From positions 12,317 to 76,316 of the forward strand of contig JBBQUV010000004.1 in assembly GCA_038212075.1 (NCBI GenBank): 64,000 nt of DNA, written 5' to 3'. This stretch comes from Minisyncoccia bacterium (GTDB lineage: Bacteria; Patescibacteriota; Minisyncoccia; Phycocordibacterales; Phycocordibacteraceae). Each line of letters begins with the position of its first letter. Positions within the stretch are counted from its first letter, which is position 1. The translations under genes and the position numbers were made by a program. The notes beneath the pieces are model-generated. The model had not been told where the DNA came from. It saw nothing but the letters and a program-made list of their open reading frames with translations, and made no database searches. This document shows positions 8,535-16,779 of the stretch, one piece after another.

Positions 8535-9959
8535 ATGAATAAAACCGATATTTTAGAGAAGAAATGGATTAACTATGGACGGTGGACACAGCCGACCATT
8601 TCAGGCGCCTTTTGGACACACTGGGATGAAGCAGAGTGCGCGCGTGAAGTAAGTCAGGACTCTCCGCTCCCGGCGATCGTATTCCTCGACGGGTACCATC
8701 TTACTCCTCTGGATGAAGACCATGCAGTGAAGACTTATTTTAATAAACGATACAGCGAAGGAACGCTTGGAGAATTTCTTGAGAAATTTGAGACATCATC
8801 AAAGAAAAGCGAAGCGCGGATCCTTGCGATTCTTGGCAATACGATGCTTTCTAATGCTGAATACGCACGAGAGCTTTTTGCTGCCTTTCTCGAGGTTGTT
8901 GGCGCGTGGTCATTCCTTTTCCGGTTCTCCACGTCACTTGAAGAAATCGCACGCGAACAAGGACTAGCTGTAAGTGACGACGATATCTTGCGGCATATGC
9001 GTCCCTATACCCGCGTTACGTTGCTCGAGCAGCAGACCATTGAACTTAAAGAATTCGCGCGGGCATTGCGTGCGCAATACCCAGCTATTCCAGTAACAGA
9101 ACTCACTAAACATGTAATGGATGACGCGTCGACGCCCCTTCTCGCTAAAATTCATGATCATGTTCAGGAATTTTCCTGGTTTGGCACACATCACTGGGAA
9201 GGAGAGCCCTACACGCTCGAAAAATGCCTTTCTGATATTCAAGACATACTGAATAAGGGAGGGGATGTGGAAGAGGGATCAGTTGCCGTATCGTCGAGCG
9301 AAGGCGATCAGACCATATGGAAACTTCTCGCAGCTTTTGCATATTGGCGCACCCACTGCGCAGAAGTGAGTGACAAAGCGGCATACCTTTCGCGTGAACG
9401 ACTTACGGATGTGGCAAAGAAATGGAGTATTACCTACGAGGAGCTTACTTGGCTTTCAAGTGGAGAGATTATAAAAGCGCTTGATATAAGTGAGGACTCT
9501 ATTGAGCTCCCCACAAACTTTGCTGAACGAAAAGCTGGATATGGGGCATGGGTTGATAACGGTGTTGAGCATATTGTTGTTGGTGCAGAACTCGCCACAC
9601 TCATTGATGCGGCTGTTCCAAAAGTTGATACTTCCGTGTCTGAGATTAAAGGAACTGTCGCAAGCAAGGGTGGCGTAATTACCGGTATCGCACGCATCAT
9701 TATGGGGCCAAGTGAATTTGCCAGTTTTGTCGCGGGAGATATTTTGGTCGCAAACGAAACCACACCAGACTTCGTTCCGCTTATGAAAAATGCCGCGGCA
9801 ATTGTGACTGATACGGGCGGCATTACTTCTCACGCGGCAATTGTTTCTCGTGAGCTTAAGAAGCCCTGTGTTATAGGCACCAAAATCGCAACGAAAGTAT
9901 TCAAAAATGGCGATATGGTTGAAGTGGATGCAATTAACGGAATTGTCCGAAAGATATAA
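8535..9959 (+). CDS. Central helical domain + phospho-His swivel protein, no ATP-grasp
   Basis: HVQEFSWFGTHHWEGEP central motif; TDTGGITSHAAIVSRELKKPCVIGT; TATAAT 6 nt before ATG. Confidence 0.8.
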   Translation: MNKTDILEKKWINYGRWTQPTISGAFWTHWDEAECAREVSQDSPLPAIVFLDGYHLTPLDEDHAVKTYFNKRYSEGTLGEFLEKFETSSKKSEARILAILGNTMLSNAEYARELFAAFLEVVGAWSFLFRFSTSLEEIAREQGLAVSDDDILRHMRPYTRVTLLEQQTIELKEFARALRAQYPAIPVTELTKHVMDDASTPLLAKIHDHVQEFSWFGTHHWEGEPYTLEKCLSDIQDILNKGGDVEEGSVAVSSSEGDQTIWKLLAAFAYWRTHCAEVSDKAAYLSRERLTDVAKKWSITYEELTWLSSGEIIKALDISEDSIELPTNFAERKAGYGAWVDNGVEHIVVGAELATLIDAAVPKVDTSVSEIKGTVASKGGVITGIARIIMGPSEFASFVAGDILVANETTPDFVPLMKNAAAIVTDTGGITSHAAIVSRELKKPCVIGTKIATKVFKNGDMVEVDAINGIVRKI

Positions 9960-9963
9960 AAAA

Positions 9964-10007
9964 GAGCGCATGGAAGGGATCGAAGTAAATCGATATTCCA
10001 TGCGCTC
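9964..10007 (-). terminator. Intrinsic terminator of the minus-strand orphan gene
   Basis: GAGCGCATGGAA...TTCCATGCGCTC stem with an A-run on its left (U-tract on minus strand). Confidence 0.7.
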
Positions 10008-10030
10008 AGTCCATGCCGCGGGCAGAAGCT

Positions 10031-10360
10031 TCAGTGGGGCGGTTCGTAGTAGAACCGCAAGCCGTGCGTGTTGGTGTTGAGACACGCGATCAACTGATCG
10101 CGCGGCGGCTCCTGCGCCATGCCGAGTCCACACAAGGCCGAAATTTCGTCCTTGTACTTTTCGGCCGTGATCAGGTCGTATTGTGTGGACCACTTGTACC
10201 GCAGGACACCGCCATCCGGAAGGATGGTGGAATCCCCGACTGGCGTCACACAGCACGGCGCTGGATATGTTCCTGCAAGCGCGTGTGCGATCGGAAGCGT
10301 GAAAACGCCAACGATAGCAATTGCGTACAGGAAACGGGAAGTGTCGGTCAAGGAACGCAT
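10031..10360 (-). CDS. Small secreted Cys-containing hypothetical protein
   Basis: Hydrophobic N-terminus ending AHA/ALA, four Cys, AGGAGG upstream, own promoter and terminator. Confidence 0.65.
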   Translation of the reverse strand: MRSLTDTSRFLYAIAIVGVFTLPIAHALAGTYPAPCCVTPVGDSTILPDGGVLRYKWSTQYDLITAEKYKDEISALCGLGMAQEPPRDQLIACLNTNTHGLRFYYEPPH

Positions 10361-10389
10361 GGGTAAATACCCTCCTAAGGTGAATATAT

Positions 10390-10418
10390 ATAATATACTA
10401 AAAACACACTTTTGTCAA
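10390..10418 (-). promoter_or_regulatory. Sigma70-type promoter of the orphan gene
   Basis: TTGACA-17 nt-TATTAT on minus strand. Confidence 0.65.
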
Positions 10419-10438
10419 TGTAGGCTAAAATCAACCTA

Positions 10439-11137
10439 ATGTACCACGCGTATTTTTTTGCGGGAGAAAGGGAAGAGGGGGTGGCGGCCGCGCTCGCCTT
10501 TGGCGAGCGCGCGTTGGGACTCAGTTCTACCGGAAACCCTGACGTGCTTATTGAACGCCACGGGCTTTTTACCGTGGATGACGCACGTCGTATTTCGGTG
10601 AAAGCAGAGCTTTCACCGCTCGTTGGAGATAAAAAACTCTATATCATTGCGGCGAATCGTCTTTTTCATGAAGCGCAGAACGCGATGCTGAAGTTATTTG
10701 AAGAACCGCCAGCAGAAACCACGCTCGTGCTGGTGATTCCGTCAGAAGGGAATTTACTGTATACACTTCGCTCGCGTCTCCAACCACTTCCGGTGAGCAC
10801 ACAAGTGCAGGCTATTGATCCACTTTCGCAGGAGTTTATAGGCGGTAGCACAACGGTTCGTGAAAAGGTTGTAGCAAACATTCTTGATGAAGCGAAATCA
10901 GATGATGATGAAAAGAAGCAGGAAGCACGAGCCAAGGCGCTACGGCTTGCGGAAGGTCTCACTCGAGCGGGATATGGCGCGTGGCGTACGATAAAAGAAG
11001 ACAGTGCTGAAGCCGGTACACTCCGTTCATTTTTATATGATCTGGATCGATTGGTGCCAGTACTGCATGACCGAGCGGCACCGCTCAAACCAATTTTGGA
11101 GCATCTTCTTCTCACTGCACCGAAAAAATTATCGTAA
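10439..11137 (+). CDS. holB: DNA polymerase III delta-prime subunit (short form)
   Basis: HAYFF, NPD, EAQNAMLKLFEEPP, TLRSR motifs. Confidence 0.8.
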   Translation: MYHAYFFAGEREEGVAAALAFGERALGLSSTGNPDVLIERHGLFTVDDARRISVKAELSPLVGDKKLYIIAANRLFHEAQNAMLKLFEEPPAETTLVLVIPSEGNLLYTLRSRLQPLPVSTQVQAIDPLSQEFIGGSTTVREKVVANILDEAKSDDDEKKQEARAKALRLAEGLTRAGYGAWRTIKEDSAEAGTLRSFLYDLDRLVPVLHDRAAPLKPILEHLLLTAPKKLS

Positions 11138-11154
11138 TTTGCTATACTGCGCTT

Positions 11155-11706
11155 ATGGCATACGACTTTTCTAAACTCAAAACCCAAGTCAAAGAAACCG
11201 AAGAATGGCTCCAGCGTGAACTTTCCGGCGTGCGCACTGGTCGGGCGTCTCCTGCACTTCTTGACTTGGTGAAGCCAGAAGCATACGGCGTGCGCACTCC
11301 CATGACTCAGCTTGGCTCTGTTTCTATTGAAGATGCTCGAACGCTCCGTATTATTCCGTGGGATAAGGAAGTAACAAAAAATATTGAAAAGGCGATTACG
11401 GAAGCCGATCTTGGCGTGTCGGTTGCAACCGATGATATGGGATTACGTGTCCTTTTTCCAGAACTTACTGCCGACCGTCGTGTACTGCTTACCAAGCTCG
11501 CAAACGAAAAGCATGAACATGCAAAGGTAACCTTGCGTGGGCATCGTACCGACGCCCTTCACGATTTGGAAGCAAAAGAAAAAGAGGGAGGTATGGGCAA
11601 GGACGAACTTGATCGATTGAAAAAAGAAGTACAAAAAATGATTGATGAGGCGACAGCGGTGCTTGAAGCGCTCGCCAAAAAGAAAGGGGAGGAAATTGCC
11701 GCTTAA
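11155..11706 (+). CDS. frr: Ribosome recycling factor
   Basis: VRTGRASPALLD, IIPWD, FPELTADRR. Confidence 0.95.
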   Translation: MAYDFSKLKTQVKETEEWLQRELSGVRTGRASPALLDLVKPEAYGVRTPMTQLGSVSIEDARTLRIIPWDKEVTKNIEKAITEADLGVSVATDDMGLRVLFPELTADRRVLLTKLANEKHEHAKVTLRGHRTDALHDLEAKEKEGGMGKDELDRLKKEVQKMIDEATAVLEALAKKKGEEIAA

Positions 11707-11712
11707 TCTACT

Positions 11713-12810
11713 ATGGAAGTCATTCTGCTCATCCTCGTTCTTATCGTGCTTATACTCGTGCACGAGTTTGGGCATTTTATCGCCGCGAAACTTTCCGGTA
11801 TGCGTGTGGATGAATTTGGTATCGGGTATCCGCCACGCGCACTCGTGTTGTTTAAAAAGGGAGAGACCGAATATACCCTTAATTGGCTCCCCTTTGGGGG
11901 GTTTGTGAAAATCTATGGCGAAGACTCGGATGCTGTTACCACTGATGGTCGTGCGTTTACGGACAAAAACCGATTTTTGCAAGCTATCGTGCTCCTTGCC
12001 GGCATTACGATGAATCTTGTTTTTGCGTGGATTCTTATTTCCGGCAGTCTTGCCGCAGGCACGACGCGCGCACTTGATGACAATGAAATTGCGTTTGCAA
12101 AAGATGCGGTCATTACCGTGTCCGATGTGCTTCCGGGTTCTCCGGCAAGCGATGCAGGAATAATCATAGGCGACTCCATCACTAAAGTGATTGTGGGAAA
12201 TGACATGCTCACGATCACCGACCCTAAGGCGTTTACGGAGCTTGTGGCAAAAGACACCAAAGGTACACCTATCACCCTTGATATGCAGAGAGACGGCAAA
12301 GAAATTTTGCTTTCCGTAGTTCCACAAAAAAATGTGATTGCTTCTGCACCAGACCGCCTTGCGCTTGGAGTAGGGCTTGCGGTGGTGGGCACGGTCCCTG
12401 TCTCTCTCTACCGTGCTCCTATTCTTGGTGCGCAGTATACGTGGGAAATTGTGAAAGCAACGGCAGTCGGGCTTGTACACTTTTTTGGAAGCATCGTCAC
12501 TTTTTCTGCAAACCTTTCGCAAGTGTCAGGACCCATAGGTATTGCAGGCGCAGTAGGCACTGCATCAAAAGCAGGACTTTCAGCACTTGTCTCTCTTACG
12601 GCGATTATTTCTATAAATCTTGCACTTATTAACCTTGTGCCGGTTCCGGCGCTTGATGGCGGTCGGTTGCTGTTTGTGATTATTGAAAGCATTACGCGAC
12701 GCCGTATTCCCCCAACGGTTGCCACTATGGCAAACACCGTAGGGTTTGGTCTACTTATTCTCCTCATGCTTGTGGTGACGGCGCACGATGTTTGGAAGTT
12801 GTTTGTGTAA
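11713..12810 (+). CDS. rseP: RIP metalloprotease RseP (M50 family, PDZ domain)
   Basis: HEFGH, LPFGGFV, GSPA PDZ segment, NLVPVPALDGG. Confidence 0.92.
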   Translation: MEVILLILVLIVLILVHEFGHFIAAKLSGMRVDEFGIGYPPRALVLFKKGETEYTLNWLPFGGFVKIYGEDSDAVTTDGRAFTDKNRFLQAIVLLAGITMNLVFAWILISGSLAAGTTRALDDNEIAFAKDAVITVSDVLPGSPASDAGIIIGDSITKVIVGNDMLTITDPKAFTELVAKDTKGTPITLDMQRDGKEILLSVVPQKNVIASAPDRLALGVGLAVVGTVPVSLYRAPILGAQYTWEIVKATAVGLVHFFGSIVTFSANLSQVSGPIGIAGAVGTASKAGLSALVSLTAIISINLALINLVPVPALDGGRLLFVIIESITRRRIPPTVATMANTVGFGLLILLMLVVTAHDVWKLFV

Positions 12811-12821
12811 CAGAAAAGGAA

Positions 12822-12849
12822 AGAGCGGGCGCTGGGGTGCGTCCGCTCT
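12822..12849 (-). terminator. Hairpin terminator between rseP and the convergent orphan
   Basis: AGAGCGGGCGC...GTGCGTCCGCTCT stem with A-rich left flank. Confidence 0.6.
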
Positions 12850-12871
12850 CTTCGTTCCTTAGGGCATGTCG

Positions 12872-13291
12872 TTACTGTGATGCGACGACGAATCGTGTTG
12901 GAGGAACAATGACGTACGCGTACCCGTCCTTCGAATGAATTTCAGCGACGATAGGACTTCCTGTCCCGCCGATTTGAATCATTCGACCAGTGAGCCACAC
13001 CGCGAGATTTGCATTCTTTACGAATGCGCACGCGGTGCCGCTGGGTAGAGAAACGCCCGTCGACGAAATGGCTGTGCCTTTTGTCGCGATAGTCCCGGCA
13101 TCAGCGATTGCCATCTCGTTGTCTTCCTCGTTTGTGCACACAGTCACTTTGTTGAGCGTCAGAAGGTGATCGGCCAGGTCGTGTCGTGTTTGAAGCGACG
13201 CGGTGGTCAACTGACCTGCCTCGGCATTGGCGGTGAAAAAGAGCAGCAGTGAGCCCATTACCACAACGCCTATTTTTACCAAACTTTTCAT
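12872..13291 (-). CDS. Secreted hypothetical protein
   Basis: Signal peptide (MKSLVKIGVVVMGSLLLFFTANAEA), two Cys, GGGAG upstream. Confidence 0.65.
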   Translation of the reverse strand: MKSLVKIGVVVMGSLLLFFTANAEAGQLTTASLQTRHDLADHLLTLNKVTVCTNEEDNEMAIADAGTIATKGTAISSTGVSLPSGTACAFVKNANLAVWLTGRMIQIGGTGSPIVAEIHSKDGYAYVIVPPTRFVVASQ

Positions 13292-13440
13292 GGCGTCGTT
13301 CTCCCTGTCCTACCCAGTCATTGGGCAGGTATCACCTTGGTATACTCCCGCCACGGCCGAAATCAATGGGGGTGGGTGCATAACTTCAGGAGAAAGCCAC
13401 TTTTGCGCTTTAGGCATATCCTTCCTATAATCAAGCGACT

Positions 13441-14679
13441 ATGCGCCAGTCCCAGCTATTTACCAAAACCCGTCGCGACGCACCGTCTGACGAAGCGGCT
13501 AAAAACGCCCAGCTTCTTATTCGCGCTGGATTTGTGCATAAAGAAATGGCGGGAGTGTATTCCTATTTGCCGCTCGGGAATCGTGTGCTTACCAACATTG
13601 AGAAAGTGATCCGTGAAGAGATGGACGCAATCGGTGGACAAGAAATCCGCATGGCGACACTGCACCCATCTGAAAATTGGAAGAAGACCGGCGGATGGGA
13701 TGGGGTTGACGTGCTGTTTAAAATTCAGAGCCGCACCGAAAAAGAATACGCGCTCGGACAAAGCGAAGAAGAAATCGTGACACCTGTCGTGCAGGAGTAT
13801 GCGCTTTCATACAAAGACCTTCCTGTTGCGGTGTATCAAATTGGACAGAAGTATCGCGATGAATTGCGCGCAAAGTCTGGTGTGATGCGCGGTCGCGAGT
13901 TTGGCATGAAAGATATGTATAGCTTCCACGAGACGCAGGAAGACTTTGACCGTTTCTATGAAATCGTAAAAGCGTCCTATATAAAGGCGTTTGCTCGTTG
14001 CGGACTCGATGTGAAGGTAACCGAGGCCTCAGGTGGTGCGTTTTCTGAAAAACTGTCCTATGAGTTTATGGCGCTTACTGACGCGGGTGAAGACGATATT
14101 TTGTATTGCAATGCCTGTACGCACTGTGCAAACGTAGAAGTGGCAAAATCTGCTGAAGGTGACACGTGTCCAAAATGTGAAAAAGGAACACTCACCAAGG
14201 CGCGCGCGGCAGAAGTAGGGAACGTGTTTGATCTTGGCACGAAGTATCCGAAGGCTTTCGGGTTTATGTACAAAGACAAAGAAGGGAATGATCAAACGCC
14301 GATTATGGGTTGCTATGGATTTGGCACGAGCCGACTGGTAGGAACCATCGTTGAAACCTTTGCTGACGACAGGGGCATGGTGTGGCCAGAAGAAGTAGCA
14401 CCGTTCAAAATACATTTGGTATCGCTCGGGCAGAAAGGAGACGACGTTTCTCAGGCGGCAGACGCCCTGTATGCAGAAATGAAACAGCGCGGCATGAGTG
14501 TGTTGTATGACGACCGTGACGCACGCGCAGGAGAAAAATTTGCCGACTCCGACCTTATTGGAATTGCGACACGTGTGGTGGTGGGTAAGCAGGGGATTGC
14601 TGACGGCACTTTTGAAGTGGTGAATCGCAAAACAGGAGAAGTGACGAAAAAATCACGCGAAGACGTGCTTACGCAGTAG
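13441..14679 (+). CDS. proS: Proline--tRNA ligase, short form without INS editing domain
   Basis: MRQSQLF, LLIRAGF, KYRDELR, RGREFGMKDMYSF, MGCYGFG, anticodon domain GEKFADSDLIG. Confidence 0.93.
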   Translation: MRQSQLFTKTRRDAPSDEAAKNAQLLIRAGFVHKEMAGVYSYLPLGNRVLTNIEKVIREEMDAIGGQEIRMATLHPSENWKKTGGWDGVDVLFKIQSRTEKEYALGQSEEEIVTPVVQEYALSYKDLPVAVYQIGQKYRDELRAKSGVMRGREFGMKDMYSFHETQEDFDRFYEIVKASYIKAFARCGLDVKVTEASGGAFSEKLSYEFMALTDAGEDDILYCNACTHCANVEVAKSAEGDTCPKCEKGTLTKARAAEVGNVFDLGTKYPKAFGFMYKDKEGNDQTPIMGCYGFGTSRLVGTIVETFADDRGMVWPEEVAPFKIHLVSLGQKGDDVSQAADALYAEMKQRGMSVLYDDRDARAGEKFADSDLIGIATRVVVGKQGIADGTFEVVNRKTGEVTKKSREDVLTQ

Positions 14680-14681
14680 GT

Positions 14682-15737
14682 ATGATGAAGCGATTTTCAA
14701 AAAACTCGCTCTTCTCAAGCGATATTGGTGTTGACCTCGGTACCGCAAATACACTCGTGTACGTGCGTGGGCGCGGCATTGTGTTGAATGAACCGTCAGT
14801 AGTAGCCATAAATGACAAAACGGGACAGGTGGTGGCCGTAGGACGAGAAGCAAAAACCATGCTCGGGAAAACGCCACCGCATATCCGCGCGGTGCGTCCT
14901 CTTTCCCACGGGGTTATTTCTGATTTTGAAATTACTCAGGAACTTCTTGCCTACCTTATTAACAAAGCGCAGGGCGGACGATCCAAGCTATTTGGACCGC
15001 GTGTGGTGGTGGGTGTGCCAACGGGAGTAACAAATGTTGAAAGCCGTGCCGTGCGCGATGCGGCAATGACCGCAGGCGCGCGCGAAGTATTCATTATTGA
15101 TGAACCAGTTGCGGGCGCTATCGGTTCCAAACTTCCGATCAATGAAGCGCTTGGCACCATGGTGCTTGATATTGGTGGCGGCACTACGGACATTGCCGTA
15201 CTCGCGCTTGGCGGCACCGTAGCGTCTAAAAGTTCACACATCGCGGGTGACCGATTTAACGACAATATTATTGATTTTGTACGTAGTGAATTTCAACTTG
15301 CTATCGGGGAGCGTACCGCAGAGGACATAAAAATTTCCATTGGCGCAGTAACGCCGCTTAAAGAACCGCTTTCACGCGCTGTGCGTGGCAGAGACCTTGC
15401 GACAGGGCTTCCGCGCGAAATTATTCTTACCGACACGCACGTGCGCGAAGCACTCGAGCTTTCGCTTGAAGCACTTATGGAGGCGATGAAAGAAGTGATT
15501 GAAAAAACGCCACCAGAACTTCTTTCGGACGTACTTGAGCGCGGCGTAGTCATTTTCGGCGGCGGAGCACTGCTTCGTGGTCTTCCGCAAATGCTTTCCA
15601 AAATGCTCGGTGTGCCGGTGCACACTGCGCCCGACCCACTTACGGCAGTGGTGCGCGGTACGGGCATTGTGACTGAGGATCCGGGACCATGGGCAAGTCT
15701 ATTTATCGATGAAGAGGATGTCCTTCGCGAGGCGTAA
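14682..15737 (+). CDS. mreB: Rod shape-determining protein MreB
   Basis: DLGTANT, EPSVVA, DIGGGTTD, GGGALL. Confidence 0.95.
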   Translation: MMKRFSKNSLFSSDIGVDLGTANTLVYVRGRGIVLNEPSVVAINDKTGQVVAVGREAKTMLGKTPPHIRAVRPLSHGVISDFEITQELLAYLINKAQGGRSKLFGPRVVVGVPTGVTNVESRAVRDAAMTAGAREVFIIDEPVAGAIGSKLPINEALGTMVLDIGGGTTDIAVLALGGTVASKSSHIAGDRFNDNIIDFVRSEFQLAIGERTAEDIKISIGAVTPLKEPLSRAVRGRDLATGLPREIILTDTHVREALELSLEALMEAMKEVIEKTPPELLSDVLERGVVIFGGGALLRGLPQMLSKMLGVPVHTAPDPLTAVVRGTGIVTEDPGPWASLFIDEEDVLREA

Positions 15738-16488
15738 CGCACTGTTTCCGCGTGGCTTCCGTGGCGTGTCTGCCACGGTGGTCGTTGTTGTGGTACTTGC
15801 GGTGGCACTTCGGGTGTTTGCGCCGAATCTCTTGGTGACGATTGCGACGCCACTGTGGCGTGCGTCTGTGGCAGTTTCGGGGGCGATATATGGTGCGCGC
15901 GCCTCGTTTGCAAATCCTATTGAACTTCAACACACCCTTGATGCCGTGCGTGCAGAAAACACGACGCTTGGCGAAGAAAACGCAACGCTCAAAGCACAGC
16001 TTGCCGACGTCACTGCTCTTCTAGGCTCCAGAAGCGCGTCGGTGCCCGGAATTCTTGCGGCAGTGCTCGCGCGTCCGCCCCTTTCTCCGTATGATTCGCT
16101 TCTTATTGATGCCGGACAAACCGCCGGTGTGCAATCCGGTGCGTTTGTAGAAGGGCCGGGCGGTGTACCCCTTGGAAAAGTTGACGTGACGACGGCGCAA
16201 ACCGCGCGCGTCACGCTGTTTTCTTCAGCGGGGATAAAAACAGAAGTGCTCATTGGAGAGCACCGCGTGCCAGTGGATTTGGTTGGTAGTGGCGCCGGCA
16301 CGTTTTCAGCAACAGCACCGAAAGATTCCGGTATCTTAGTTGGCGACGTGGTGTATTCAGCAAAGAGCGCACTTATGGGCGCCGTGGTGCGTATTGATGA
16401 AAACGCTTCAAGCCCAACCGCAACACTTTTTGTTCAAGCGTCGGTGAACCCGTTTTCGCTTTCGTGGGTAGCTGTTTCCCGTCTATGA
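15709..16488 (+). CDS. mreC: Rod shape-determining protein MreC
   Basis: TM helix, coiled coil (ENATLKAQL), LIDAG...GV beta domain; follows mreB. Confidence 0.85.
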   Translation: MKRMSFARRNALFPRGFRGVSATVVVVVVLAVALRVFAPNLLVTIATPLWRASVAVSGAIYGARASFANPIELQHTLDAVRAENTTLGEENATLKAQLADVTALLGSRSASVPGILAAVLARPPLSPYDSLLIDAGQTAGVQSGAFVEGPGGVPLGKVDVTTAQTARVTLFSSAGIKTEVLIGEHRVPVDLVGSGAGTFSATAPKDSGILVGDVVYSAKSALMGAVVRIDENASSPTATLFVQASVNPFSLSWVAVSRL

Positions 16489-16742
16489 TACGCATTCTCT
16501 TTTTTGCGGTAGCGTTTTTCTCGCTTTTTGCCTTTCCATGGCACTACGCCGCAATCCTTGCGGTTATCCTTTCATTATTTGTGCCACTACTCGTGCTTGC
16601 TTTTGGTATTCTTACCGACGTACTTTATTACACGCCGGGTGCGCTCCCTATAGGCACGCTGTTTGGACTCATTTGTTTTGGTATTGCCTTTTTTGCGAGC
16701 CGATTCATTCGTAGCCGGGTATACGACTTTTTGCCCGAATAA
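16485..16742 (+). CDS. Small membrane protein, MreD-like
   Basis: Hydrophobic, GILTDVLY and G.LFG segments, lies between mreC and PBP2, ATGA overlap. Confidence 0.55.
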   Translation: MIRILFFAVAFFSLFAFPWHYAAILAVILSLFVPLLVLAFGILTDVLYYTPGALPIGTLFGLICFGIAFFASRFIRSRVYDFLPE

Positions 16743-16779
16743 TTCGCCACAGGCGGGCAGGTAGGATAAAATCCTTTAC

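Noticed and set aside
3-9959. Annotation as phosphoenolpyruvate synthase (ppsA), PPDK or PTS enzyme I copies, or as a frameshifted ppsA pseudogene
   Set aside because: No C-terminal PEP/pyruvate TIM barrel in any ORF; each swivel is intact, terminal and diverged from the others, so they are paralogues rather than fragments of one gene
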